64,000 bases of DNA from Macrostomum hystrix (Eukaryota > Animalia > Platyhelminthes): NCBI GenBank assembly GCA_950097015.1, contig CATNEN010000001.1, positions 18,290,001 to 18,354,000 of the forward strand, given 5' to 3'. This document shows, piece by piece, positions 1-13,174 of the stretch. A model generated the notes under the pieces. That model worked only from the letters and a program-made list of their open reading frames with translations. It was not told where the DNA came from and ran no database searches. Numbering within the stretch: position 1 is the first letter of the stretch; each line of letters starts with the position of its first letter. A program made the translations under genes and the position numbers.

Positions 1-38
1 CAAGTAACGGTGGAATCATCAGTACACTGGTTGGATAC

Positions 39-2486
39 TTAATCGGAGTCGCTATCAGAAGACTCCGAATCTTCTGAAGCAACCGCTTCATTAGCGCTCT
101 GACTCAGTGTGCTGAGGGAGAACTTATTCGCAAGAAGATATTTTACAGCATCAGTCACGCTTTTACTTGCAACATCTTCAAGCAGTCTTCTAAACAATTC
201 CCGAAATTGAGCGGCTAAGCCCGGCTGATTCGCTAAGTCATCACAGAGGCTCTGCAAATTAACCTGAAGGTCAACCCACTCATCTGAAATAATATGCGCT
301 TCTTCTTTTAGGCGTTTATATTTGATACTGACGTCTATAGCCCGCTGACGAAATCGGATGGAAAGGTCGGTTCCAGACAAATGTTCATATTTCGCACTAC
401 GCGGTTTTTTATATTCATCGAAAGAAGCTCTGTCTTCAATTGGAAGACGAGCGTAGAGTTTTTTCATGTCGGATGCATAACTTTTAACCTTTCGCAAGCA
501 CATTCTGGTTTGACTTTGGCCAACTGACTTACCAACCTGTTTACTCCAATGATCTCTGTGCACTGCAAGAGCGCGTAGCTCACATAGGATATCATCTTCC
601 GAGTTGTGTACAGCTACTCGGAGGGAATCTTCATACCATTGGGAGCCTAAATCCAAAATTTCATCCTCAGAGATGACCAGACTGTCATTTAGGACCCCCG
701 AGTGCTGCAAAATCGCAGACTGGCTTTGTAGCTCTTTTAGTTCACTTAGAATGCTTTTTCCCGCACCTACCATAAGCTTAATACGTTGTGTAAACCACCC
801 AGAAGCGCTAAGAAGCTGTTGTGCATTAAAGAAGTATAGAATATGCGCCATGTATTGTGCTCGTCGGTCTTTTCGCATGTACTTTAAAAACTTACCGAAC
901 GGCCTGAGTTGAGACCAGGCTCGCTCAGTATTCTCTCCATCGCATAGACCTGCGCCTGGAGTAACGCGAACAGAAAACTTTTTTTGACAACTGGGCAGGT
1001 GACCAAGAGCATGAAAAGCGTTTATTGCACAGCTACTCGCTTGAATGTTGGCACCAGACTTCGCAATAGCGGACGTAACCCGGCTGGATACGCGACAGCC
1101 TGTGAATTGGGATAAAGAGTAAGTCATGTTGTCATATAACTGTACACAAGCAACAGTATTTCATAGATTGTACGCATTTTATAAATTAATAATAAACTTA
1201 CCCACGTCATATACGACAAGTAATTCCTTAGACACTTTGACGTTTCGCAGAAAGTGTTCAAGGCACTGTTCCAGGTAGCAAAACTTTTCTCGACCAGTTG
1301 TGATATTTGAGCCACACAAAAGGCGATTGTGACGACAGAATAATCCAAAGAAACCCGTGACATCATGTCTCTGCTCACGGCTTAATGGTTCATGAGCACC
1401 GGCCTTCCAATTAGGACAATTCTGTTCCTCTGCTCGATTTTTTGGCACATCCGCTTTAATATCTACATAGACAAGCGGCGTAGGTAATGGACGACCATCT
1501 GATGGTATTTCCAGTTGTGTACGCCCCCTGGCTTTAAAGCGCTGCCAACCAAATAGAGCATCTGCACAGACAACAGTTTTGCGCACAGCGTGATTATCTG
1601 GACAGAGAAGACAATTATTTGGCCATTTTGCTGAGGCCATTTGCAGGTGGCGAAACCGCAGCAAAACATCATGTCGTTGAATGCGTTGATAAGTGCTTTT
1701 TACTAGAGCCAAATTATATGTACCTTGTCCCAGAGTTGGCCCAATGAGCAGTGTACTGACCGCTCTGTGAACAGGCAACTGCCCAGTCATACACAAACTG
1801 TCTAGCAGGGACAAAAAGGTAAAAGAAAAGAATGCATACCCATCTGAATCAGGCTTTGACCCTTCGCAACAAGGGAAGAACCCTTGGGAAAGGAGTGCAC
1901 CAATAAGATCACAGGAGTCGCAGGTAATAAAAATGACCTTTACGCTTCCAGCCAGATCTATAAGGTCAACTTTTGTAGCCGCACAGACATTCAGATTCAA
2001 TTTACTAGAAGCGCAGCAAAACATTTCAAAAGCATCGTGAGTAGCATCCAGTTCCTGAAACATTAGACTCTCCTTATTCCATATGAGAAACTTGTGGGCT
2101 GAAAACTTTTTATGCGTCTCATTTTTACAGCTGGCACATAAGCTAAGTCGACAAGTAACACATCGATATACACCTTCGTGCTCATAGCAAGAGGAACACA
2201 GATTTAAGAGAAAATGCTTCTCGTAACTACCTCTGTATTTCTCAGCAAAGCTGTCAAAATCTACCCATTCAACATCTTCTACTGTAGGAGCAAAAGACTC
2301 AGGCATACCGACATCATTCTCGGTGCTAGCTTCCACTGGAACAGGAGTAGTTTCAGACACAGGACGCCGAGATGTTGAGCCTCGATTTCGGCCGCTAATG
2401 ATTGTCTTAATCTTTCTGGGTCGCCCACGACAGCCAGTTTGCAGTGTAGCTTTGACAACACGCTTCAGTTCGATGCCGCGATACAT
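39..2486 (-). CDS. KDZ (Kyakuja-Dileera-Zisupton) family transposase with N-terminal AT-hook and Cys/His zinc (CxC-type) domains; 2 coding exons (2486-1202, 1099-39)
   Basis: Removing a GT-AG intron at 1201-1100 joins two ORFs into YDVG|CR. KDZ motifs present: CADALF, CRH, GREKF, YDVGC, FHALGH...CQ, GAGLCDGENTERAWS. Also RGRPRK and CxxC...CxxC...CxxC...H...H. Confidence 0.85.
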
Positions 2487-5113
2487 TGTCTGGAAATGAG
2501 AAAGTAATTTATAATCATTGCTCTACAGTATTTAATATTGTAGACAGACAACTGTTTTCTATTTAATACTATAAAGTTTTATATATTCTACAATGAAATC
2601 ATAGCACTTATATTCAACATATATTCCCACAAGTATTGTGGCCATGTAACTACAGTCTGTGGAGATTGCTGACCTGCACTTGGGCGTCATTTCTATACAC
2701 TTGCTTGAATATAAAGAATTGAACATTTACTTAAAAATTTGCACACAAATCCCTTTTTCTCACTCTCACAAATTAACACATTACTGCCACCCATGGACTC
2801 CATGGAATGTGACAAAGATTGGCAGACTTGGGGTGGCAGTTTGCTCAGCTTTGCCAGGGCCAGACTGTCATGCTGCAGTGTCCAGCTGCAGCTATTCTGC
2901 CGGACACACTGCAGTTGTTCTGCCTAGATGATCAGCCTGTCTGATACTGATACCAGCATGGACTTCTCTAATCCTCCAATGGATTGCCACTAATCTCAGT
3001 CTAATACCCTCTCAAGTGATTGATTTCAAGATTTCAAGTTCACGATTTACGATTGATAGATATAAATATTGATCTTAAGTTCAAGGTCCACTGGAAAGAA
3101 GCCTTTATGTGCAAAGAGTATGCATTAGTTTTTTGAGATCTTGCCCTATTAACTATTTACTTTATTTACTATTTACCAAAGCCTACTTGACTCAATGTTA
3201 AAGTTACTTATATTGGTGGTGCATGTCACATATTACATTGTTTATAATTTCTTTCTGGCACACAGAGCCACCTTTTTGACTCTGGAAGTAGGCTAGGAGG
3301 CTAGGTCTAAAGACCAAATGAAATTAGTGACTGTGTTGCTTCATAAAAAGTTGCAGAGCTTGGTACACTGTTAAGCAAGAAATGCAAAGAAACTAGCAGC
3401 AGAACTTAATAAATAAAAGTGAATATTATAGTCGGACAACTGTTTCTAATTTAATACACACTGGCACAACCTCTAACAAAATTTTGGATTAACCTATCTT
3501 CAATGTTAACTAAATATGAGTAAATGCTTATAGGCACTAGCTATAGTACTGGTTTACTGCCGAGTTAACTAGTTTCTAACCTGCCAAAGATAGTCAGATA
3601 ATATTTCCTATTCAATACTAGCTATCTAGGGTGTTATATTACATCATATTAACCATGTAATTTTGCCATATAGCGACATGTTATTTTCCAACTGACATTG
3701 TTTAGACATTTATCGAGTTTTTAATTACCTTGTGCAAATGACTCTGATTTGTCCAAAACTAAGTGAAGAGTGAAGTAAACAATACAAATATTTTTCTTTT
3801 TAACCTTAATTACGATTTACGAAGAACGAAATTAGCTACCAAAGTGGCAATAATCTAGAAAAAGTAACAGTAATGTGGAATGATTGCAATTGGTACAATC
3901 TTGTACTTTTTTGTCCCGATTTACCTGCCTTTCACTTTCAGTTGAACTCAAAGAGAAAATTAAATTACAAAATTAATTAATTCAGTTCAAAATTAAAATT
4001 TGAAAAAGTTAAAAACAACATGGCGGACAACTCCGACGAACATGCATCTGAAATTATTTAAACCGCGCCAAAAAAATCTGCAGAGCCTTCTTTATGTATA
4101 TGTTTAAGAACATAATTATTTGTTTTTTCAAAGCAGTATTAAGTAGTCTATACCTTTATTACGATTTTGTTTTTTTAAACTTGAACGCTACGAGTACGTT
4201 ACGGTTTACATACGTAAGTTGCGGGTAATATCGAGCCGATCTTCAAGAAAGGAAAATAATGTGTTTCGTAGCTAATTATTTGGAATACCTTGGTTTTTCG
4301 AGAATTATTAAATTAAGACCTAATATACCAGAAAGTCTTACGGTTTCCCTACTTTGTAGCAGAACACGAAAGCTCAGACACTTTTATTAAAAATATATAA
4401 TATTTGTAGATGAATTAACTAAATCGATGTTTCAGTAGGTTGAACTCGTGCGATTATACTGCTTTTGCGACAGAATGCAATGACTTTGCATCAATTAGAT
4501 TTATAAATTGGTCGATTATTTATCATGTTGATTTCTGTCGAAAAGGTTAAATGTTCCGGAAACTTTATGTAACTCTAAACAAAGTAAAACATTTAGATAC
4601 TGGTGTGAGGCATTGCACTTCGTACCCTACAAAATTTAAACGCTGTTTTGCCGTTTTTATGCAGTATGTGTTTAAAAAAAATCTTTTAGCGAACTATTTT
4701 CGCTTCAACCTTTCTTTTAAGTTACTTTTATGCTTTAAAAATAATGATTTTTGCCTTGCTGGTCTTTATTTAAAACTTTATGGATTACATGCAATGACAA
4801 AAATAAGTAGAATGTTTGGTGCAACGATAAATCGATGACTTTCGTTACGGGTGCTAATAATTTTGACTTTTGCTGAGTATTTGTAATATTGACGTTCACC
4901 CTTTTGGTTTTTGAAGCTTTGCAGATAAAATTTGGGGACCTGCTGGACCCGTCGTTAGATAATGGAGCGATTCGCTAGCTCGCGATATATTTGCTTGCGT
5001 TGCTAATATTGCGTTGCGAATTTGATCGCTACGATGGCCATTGCTTAAAATAAGTAAGCACAAGCTGCAGCCTGCAGCCAAAAAAGTAATAAATTACTAA
5101 TTAGTAAACCAAA

Positions 5114-6056
5114 TTACTAATAAATAGTAATTCTTCGTTGTATATGGGCAATGTCATGTGGTGAAACTGGTAGCACGTCAGCCTGACAACTGCGGGTCGT
5201 TGGTTCGACTCATTTTTATTTAAATTAATGATTATATGTTTTGCAGAACAACAAGAAACCAGAACATCATATAAGCCTACTCATTTCTTAATCCGGCTGA
5301 GTAAGAAAAAAAAGCGGTTTTACGCTGATTTACATAAATATCAGCACTTTACAGTACACTCGAAGCACCAAAGGAATCACATACAGTAGGATAGCCTATA
5401 TGTTTTGAAAAACTCTGAAAAAGTATTCGAACGAAAGAATATACTAATAAATAGTAATTCTTCGTTGCATATGGGCAATGTCAAGTGGTGAAACTGGTAG
5501 CACGTCAGCCTGACAACTGCGGGTCGTTGGTTCGACTCATTTTTTATTTAAATTAATGATTATATGTTTTGCAGAACAACAAGAACATCATATAAGCCTA
5601 CTCATTTCTTAATCCGGCTGAGTAAGAAAAAAAGCGGTTTTACGCTGATTTACATAAATATCAGCACTATACAGTACACTCGAAGCACCAAAGGAATCAC
5701 ATACAGTAGGATAGCCTATATGTTTTGAAAAACTCTGAAAAAGTGTTCGAACGAAAGAATATACTAATAAATAGTAATTCTTCGTTGTATATGGGCAATG
5801 TCAAGTGGTGAAACTGGTAGCACGTCAGCCTGACAACTGCGGGTCGTTGGTTCGACTCATTTTTTATTTAAATTAATGATTATATGTTTTGCAGAACAAC
5901 AAGAACATCATATAAGCCTACTCATTTCTTATTCCGGCTGAGTAAGAAAAAAAGCGGTTTTACGCTGATTTACATAAATATCAGCACTTTACAGTACACT
6001 CGAAGCACCAAAGGAATCACATACAGTAGGATAGCCTATATGTTTTGAAAAACTCT
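5114..6056 (+). repeat. Three tandem ~320-bp units, each containing a truncated tRNA-like (A box/B box) segment
   Basis: Near-identical copies start at ~5114, 5442 and 5762. Each contains TGGTGAAACTGGTA...CTGACAA...GGTTCGACTC followed by a T run. Confidence 0.85.
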
Positions 6057-6084
6057 TAAATTAAGAAAACTCTTAAAGAATTTA

Positions 6085-6322
6085 TTTTTCCAAACATATC
6101 GGCAGCATCCGAACCCCACAGAACTGCTTTATTCCACGCCAGCCGGAATTATTATTACCCGACGAAATGTCGGTACTCATCTGCAGCTGAGTAGACTGTG
6201 TGCACATCAGGGCAAAGCAGCTTGCCAAGGGCTGCACGAATAGTTCTAGACTAGGTCGGGAGTCGAACCCAGGACCATCTGATCCAGAGTCCGACACCTT
6301 ACTGACTGAGCTATCCGCCCTC
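6085..6322 (-). mobile_element. tRNA-derived SINE
   Basis: Minus strand reads GGATAGCTCAGTCAGTAAGG (A box)...GGGTTCGACTCCCG (B box), then CCCTTGGCAAG and CTCAGCTGCAGATGAGTACC, which resemble conserved SINE central domains. Confidence 0.7.
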
Positions 6323-6384
6323 ATGGGCAACCTCTCCCCCTCCTCCTTCCCCCCCGTCACCTTCCTATCCCATATCCGAGGCCC

Positions 6385-6605
6385 ACACCAGGAGCGCACC
6401 CTGGGCCCATGGGCTGGGCCCATGAGCTGCGATCGGCTAGCCCAGCTCACCTCACCATGAGGGCACCCTGGCTAGGCGCATAATAAACGCATGAGCTGGG
6501 GCCGGCTAGCCCGCGGCCATAGACTGCACCATGAGCGCACCCTGGCTGGGCGCACAATAAAAGCATGAGCTGGGGCGGGCTAGCCCGCGGGCCGCGGCCA
6601 TAAAC
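6385..6605. repeat. GC-rich ~74-bp tandem repeat, about 3 degenerate copies
   Basis: Recurring GCGCACCCTGG...CATGAGCTGGGG...GGCTAGCCC. Confidence 0.6.
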
Positions 6606-9497
6606 TGTTCCGCGCGGTCAAAGTTGTATACATCAAAAGCCTTCCACAGAAGCTAATAGCAAGCTTTTGTGAGCTAAAACGGCCCTTTTCAGGCCACTTG
6701 TGACTATAGTACCATAAATTGAAAAGGTAGTACAATACCATATTAAACTTTATTGCATGTGGAGCCTGGGCACTTGACGCACAAGCGCAGGCATGGCATA
6801 CCATAAAGCCATATCAAAGAATATAGAATAACATTTAAGAAGTTAAGAAGTTAATTTTTAAAGAGACAAGCCTAAAGAGCCAAGGCTGAAAGTAGCTAGT
6901 TATTATAACGCAGCGCAAGAGAGCATACTCTATTGTCTTTTCTAATGATCACCGATTGGTTAAAATGTTTGTGCTCTTAATGGTCAGGATGATTAGGGTT
7001 TGGGTGCTGTGTCCATAGCGTGGACGAGATTTAAATCGCAAACAACATTGAACTGTGCATTTTTTGAGGACCAGGCCCTTCTTAAAATCTAAGTAATACC
7101 AGCAGCATACTATATCATAGAACTTTAAGAGTGCATATTTTACGCATAATTTCCTCTGCACGAAGACAGATATTATAAAGAAAATATGCCTAGAAGAAAA
7201 ATGAAGTACAGGAAAAGCAAACTCACTTTCTGCATTGGCACCAATGTAAGCGAAATTATTCCATTTAGAAAACTGAGGTGACGAGTCTGAGGTCTGAAAC
7301 GTGAGTCCGCATGAATTTATACAAGAAAGACAATACAAAAACACGATGATCGATAATTTATTTAGCTGATTTCTGATTCGCTGCTAGCATATTTGTTTTA
7401 CTTTGTTGTTATACTTTTCTAACTTGTAATCTAATCTTTCTACTTGAAGTAAAGATGTACGTTAACGCCTTTCCTTCTTTACAGATTGCACTACAAATTC
7501 GTATTGCATTTCATTATTGCATTTTGTTGTAATTCTGTGGGCTCAACAAAAACTATCATTTTAACAATAATTACTGCAGAGAATTTAACTCCACTTACTG
7601 TTTTTTTAGAAAAAAAAACGAATATGCACAGCAGCATGAATGTACGAGTATATGTACTATGTAGTATATGAAGCTAAACGATTTCTACTTGCTTGCTTTT
7701 GTTTGCTTGGCTCGTTAGTCTACTATGACAGGTAAGGTAAGTCGCTTAATAAAAAGAAAATAAATAATTTCAACTGTACACATCAGAAAGATAGGTAAAT
7801 TTTCGCATTTAGATTGTCTTTATAATCTTATTCACTCTTTACATTCATTTGTCCTGACTAATATTTGCGTCGAAGTCCTTGCTGCAGGTGCCGCAATTTC
7901 AAATGGGAAACTCGAGATAAAAATAAATCACACTAATTCTTTTTTGGGATTTTTTGCATTTTGACTCGACCTCCACCGATGTCACAAAAATTGGTGTTAA
8001 AACGGCCCTATTTAGGGTTGTCAGAGAACTGCTTTTCCTCCAGAATGAGCGTTGTGTTCTTTTCCTTTCTTCCCCACAAACCGTGGGTTTTATTATATTA
8101 TCGAACTCTCCTATCAAATAATTGATTGCGTTTCTTTGTACTTTTATTATTTTTGGCTCATATCTTTATTTAGTTCATAGACTTTGCACAAGTAGCGCCT
8201 AACGCAGTAAGTAGGGAATCCAATTCCCCGGAAAAATCTGTCCCCGCGTGCCAATAAGTGAGAAAAAATATCATCTCGCTTGTTAATCACAGCTTTTGCG
8301 GTTGCTGAGTGTACATCTATCGTCATTTCTTAATTGGCTCAAGTTAATTTTGTCCAATTTCGAATAATGTGTATTTGCATGTATTGTCAATGGAGCGTGA
8401 ATGCTTATTTCAAAATAAACAAGAAAGTACAATCAATGTAAGAAATAATATTGCCGCATCTCGCTTAATTTTTGCCAATATGAGTAGGCGACGAGTCAAG
8501 CAATGGTTTATTATTGTTGTCTTTAGTTCGACACAAACAAGCAATAAACCTACAACACGAAAATCAAATATTTGTCAACACTGAACTGAATCAGTTTGAT
8601 GCAAATTTTTCATACATTAAAAATAATAGAACAACAAATACGTTAAACAGCATTAAGCAGAAAGCAGATCAGCTCAAATGAGTCCTTAAGCATTTTAACG
8701 TAATCAAAACAAAAGTACAACAGATACTTAAAACAAGAGGCAGTTTACAAAAAATAAAAATAATAGGATCAAGAATAAATTACATATTGATGCTAATTGG
8801 ACTGTCACAATAACAGGCTTACTGTCCGGATAAACTGTAAATTGATTGACGGTGAGACGGGTCAGGGACTTGTAGATATAGCATCTGAATAGGGCAAGCC
8901 AGTCAATTGAATGCCTGTAGTTGCACACACTCTGATTGGCTAACGTAAGTTAATCTTCTTGGAGCCAATCAATTTTCTCCAAGACTCATCTGTCCTACCT
9001 AGAAAAGTACCAAATCATGTTTAGGCAGTCCCAGAGTGAAATGAATTATCCTAGAAATAACATTGCTCTCACTGAGATATTATAACAAATCCATGAACCA
9101 GCTAGCGAAATAGGGAATAGAAGACACAGACACAAGCAACCTGACACCCTGAAGCAACAACTTTAAGCCTGAAGTGCATCCGATAATTGTCCTGTTCTGA
9201 GCGACGCGCACATGGCCACGCACATTGCTGTATTTTCTGTTCGAGTCAAATGAAGGACAGGACTTTAGAAAAATAAAATCTCACACCAGTTAACAGCATT
9301 GCAGCAAACATACGGACACAAGAAGCAAAGTAAGCAATAAAAGTGTGATAGAGCTATGAGAACAATGCGACTAAGGCGAACAATAACACAATGCGATTTG
9401 CGTAACTAAGAAAAAATAATTTTTCATTTCAACTATGGAATCCGTGATTTAGCTCACGCGTGACCTTCACAAATTCTTCATTTGCTCAAGTCTTCCA

Positions 9498-9720
9498 GTG
9501 TCACCAACCCAGATTTCCTTCGTGACCGTCAGTGTCACCAACCCAGATTTCCTTCGTGACCTTCAGTGTCACCAACCCAGATTTCCTTCGTGACCGTCAG
9601 TGTCACCAACCCAGATTTCCTTCGTGACCGTCAGTGTCACCAACCCAGATTTCCTTCGTGACCTTCAGTGTCACCAACCCAGATTTCCTTCGTGACCATT
9701 AATGTCACCAACCTAGATTT
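9498..9720. repeat. 34-bp minisatellite (~6.5 copies)
   Basis: Unit GTGTCACCAACCCAGATTTCCTTCGTGACCGTCA. Confidence 0.9.
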
Positions 9721-9915
9721 TCTTTAGGTGTTCCAATTTCAGCAAACAGATTTCCTCCAGAACCTTTCCATCAGATGCAGGTCAAACTCTGTCGAAGACG
9801 TCACACAAGAAGGACAGTAGCAGCAATAAAAATAAGCTATTTGATTTTCAAAAGCAACACAACAGAACCGGACAGCGGAACACGGACAGAGGTGGGACAC
9901 AACAGCCCGGCAGCC

Positions 9916-12443
9916 TTAGAGCAGCGTGCAGCATCGGTTGGTCTTCTTAGCTGTCTGATAGAAGGCCTTGCTCTGGGCGCTCAGGGCATCCGACCTGGCC
10001 ACCAGATCGTCCAGCTTCTCGCCGCGCTGCAGCAGGCTGTCCATCGTCTGGCTGAGGATGCCCTTGGTCTCGTCGATTTCGCTCTGGATTCGCATCATGG
10101 CGTCGGCCTGCTTGGGATCCTGATAGCGGGCCAGATCCGCCTCTAGCTGCTTGAACTGCACCTGACTGTCGAGCGGCGTGGCGGAGGGTGGACAGCACAG
10201 TTAATTAGAGGGACGAACTGAAGCTTCAGTTTGGGAAAGGATGTCAGTGCTGAGGGTTCAGGTTGGGAAAGGATGTCAGTGCTGAGGGTTCAGGTTGGGA
10301 ATGGATGTCAGTCCTGAGGGTTCAGGTTGGGAATGGATGTCAGTCCTGAGGGTTCAGTTTGGGAAAGGATGTCAGTGCTGAGGGTTCAGGTTGGGAATGG
10401 ATGTCAGTGCTGAGGGTTCAGGTTGGGAATGGATGTCGGTCCTGAGGGTTCAGGTTGGGAAAGGATGTCAGTCCTGAGGGTTTAGGTTGGGAATGGATGT
10501 CAGTGCTGAGGGTTCAGGTTGGGAATGGATGTCAGTCCTGAGGGTTTAGGTTGGGAATGGATGTCAGTGCTGAGGGTTCAGGTTGGGAAAGGATGTCAGT
10601 GCTGAGGGTTCAGGTTGGGAAAGGATGTCAGTCCTGAGGGTTTAGGTTGGGAATGGATGTCAGTGCTGAGGGTTCAGGTTGGGAATGGATGTCAGTCCTG
10701 AGGGTTTAGGTTGGGAATGGATGTCAGTGCTGAGGGTTCAGGTTGGGAATGGATGTCAGTCCTGAGGGTTCAGGTTGGGAAAGGATGTCAGTCCTGAGGG
10801 TTTAGGTTGGGAATGGATGTCAGTGCTGAGGGTTCAGGTTGGGAAAGGATGTCAGTCCTGAGGGTTTAGGTTGGGAATGGATGTCAGTGCTGAGGGTTCA
10901 GGTTGGGAATGGATGTCAGTGCTGAGGGTTCAGGTTGGGAAAGAATGTCAGTCCTGAGGGTTTAGGTTGGGAATGGATGTCAGTGCTGAGGGTTCAGGTT
11001 GGGAAAGGATGTCAGTCCTGAGGGTTTAGGTTGGGAATGGATGTCAGTGCTGAGGGTTCAGGTTGGGAATGGATGTCTTGAAGGTCCCGAAGAATCTCAC
11101 CCGGCCTGCAGGCTGGACCAGGACGATGCGGGGTACTGCTTGGTGAAGTCGTCAAGGATCTGAAAATAAAATTAAAAAAGTGCCAACTCAGTTTTCTTAG
11201 AAATAAATTGGCAAATTGTCAAACACAAGAAACTGTCGGACCTTGTTGAGCAGTGTCTGAGCAACCCTATCTGGGTATTCATCGTCTGAGATGCAGATCC
11301 CAGCCAGATAGTCGCCGCGGATATAGCAGTGGCAGATGTAGGCCTGCTCGCGCACCTTGCTCCGATTGCAGCGCTGTGAGCGTTCCACAACCAGCTTGCC
11401 GGTGAAGTCCATGAACTCCTTCACGCTGCGCGGGGAAAGTGGGGCAGGAATTGAAATAATAGTAATCGGAGTGCCCTGCGTGCACTGCCGCAGACTTGGT
11501 GCCAGTTCAAGCGTGAATGTAAGAGGAAAGAGGGGAAAGAGCCAGCAAGTGGTCGAAAGGGTTGAGGATGAAAGATAAGAAAGGGAAGAGCAAAGGAAGA
11601 TAGGGAAGAGGAAGGCAGGGAAGAGGAAGGCAGGGAAGAGGAAGGCAGGGAAGAGGAAGGCAGGGAAGAGGAAGGCAGGGAAGAGGAAGGCAGGGAAGAG
11701 GAAGGCAGGATAGAGGAAGGCAGGGAAGAGGAAGGCATGGAAGAGGAAGGCAGGGAAGAGGAAGGCAGGGAAGAGGAAGGCAGGATAGAGGAAGGCAGGG
11801 AAGAGGAAGGCAGGGAAGAGGAAGGCAGGGAAGAGGAAGGCAGGATAGAGGAAGGCAGGGAAGAGGAAGGCAGGGAAGAGGAAGGCAGGGAAGAGGAAGG
11901 CAGGGAAGAGGAAGGCAGGATAGAGGAAGGCAGGGAAGAGGAAGGCAGGGAAGAGGAAGGCAGGGAAGAGGAAGGCAGGGAAGAGGAAGGCATGGAAGAG
12001 GAAGGCATGGAAGAGGAAGGCAGGGAAGAGGAAGGCATGGAAGAGGAAGGCAGGGAAGAGGAAGGCAGGGAAGAGGAAGGCAGGGAAGAGGAAGGCAGGG
12101 AAGAGGAAGGCATGGAAGAGGAAGGCAGGGAAGAGGAAGGCAGGGAAGAGAAAGGCAGGGAAGAGGAAGGCAGGGAAGCGGAGGCAGGGAAGAGGAAGGC
12201 AGGATAGAGGAAATGGACTGAAAGGAAGAGGAAGGCAGGAAAAGAAGGAGGAAGGCAGGGAAGGGAGGAAAGGGAAGAGAAGCTAGCAGGAGGGTGGAAC
12301 GAGCCATGAAGATCAGAGCAGTCGGTTACTCACGCTTTCTTCTCAAAGAAGCCGAAGGAGTTGAGATCGTGAGCCACAGCCAGTGGTGAGGCCTGGTCGC
12401 TAGTCTCAGATTTATAAAGAACTTGCAGTGAGTAGAGCTTCAT
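9916..12443 (-). CDS. YKT6: Synaptobrevin homolog YKT6 (longin R-SNARE), ~200 aa; exons 12443-12334, 11425-11242, 11159-11101, 10165-9916
   Basis: MKLYSL start, DLNSFGFF, DDEYP longin motif, LLQRGEKLDDLV SNARE motif, C-terminal CCTLL prenylation motif. All GT-AG junctions are phase-compatible. Confidence 0.95.
10221..11077. repeat. 32-bp minisatellite in YKT6 intron 3
   Basis: Unit GGGTTCAGGTTGGGAATGGATGTCAGTGCTGA. Confidence 0.95.
11600..12210. repeat. 15-bp purine-rich minisatellite in YKT6 intron 1
   Basis: Unit GGGAAGAGGAAGGCA. Confidence 0.95.
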
Positions 12444-13174
12444 GTTGCTGACAATTTAGTAGCCGATAGTGACTGAGACTGATTGATTGATTGGCTGCAA
12501 GAAAAGCGTTGGCAAGTTGGCAGCGAACATGCATGAGGCAGCAGGTAAATTTAGAGGGCTTCAACTGTTAGCAATGGACTGCAGAACGTGAGTAAGGGTA
12601 GGTCTAGCCGCAGCCAAGCTATGCTCCAGGCTGACTAGATAAGCTAGGCCACACAGCCATAGCACAGCTAGGATGCTGCAAATGGTGCACAGTCTGCGAT
12701 TCACGCTGCCAAAACTGCCTGGCTTCATGGCGTGAAACTTGCCAAACGCCCGCTGTTCACGACTACCGGACCTCTGGATGGCTGTGCAGCTTTGTACCAG
12801 ACAGCGATAAACTACTGGCAAGGGAGGGGGACTGGCTGGAGTGAAGGGACTGGGGGCGGCGTCCATGTACACTCATGTACAGCTGGGTTAAGATGGCCGA
12901 GGCCCGGGGCGAGAGAGGAAGAGGTTGGGGAACAGTTTTTCCTTCTGATCTAAAAGCAGCCCCGCTCGGCTCCCCTCCTCTGGCCAATGGCTACTGCGCG
13001 AGCACAGCTTTCTCACTCGTTCCTTCGTTGGCATCCTGACCTGGCCAGTCACCGATTTCCTCAATTTCTGAGAGAGCCTGTTTGGTTTCTTCCTCCAGAA
13101 TCTATCATTCTACTGCCCCCATCAATATACATAATATGCATGACCATCTCATTCCACTTCATCTTTCCTATGTC

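Noticed and set aside
4015-4075. YY1-like (ACATGGCG) and E2F-like (CGCGCCAAAA) motifs as a KDZ promoter
   Set aside because: Short motifs with no independent support.
6900-9400. Short ORFs and scattered splice-like signals in the AT-rich region
   Set aside because: No recognisable protein motifs or coherent exon chain.
11421-12307. Long low-complexity ORFs (PSSSL, LPLPC, EEEGR repeats)
   Set aside because: Artefacts of a 15-bp minisatellite inside YKT6 intron 1.
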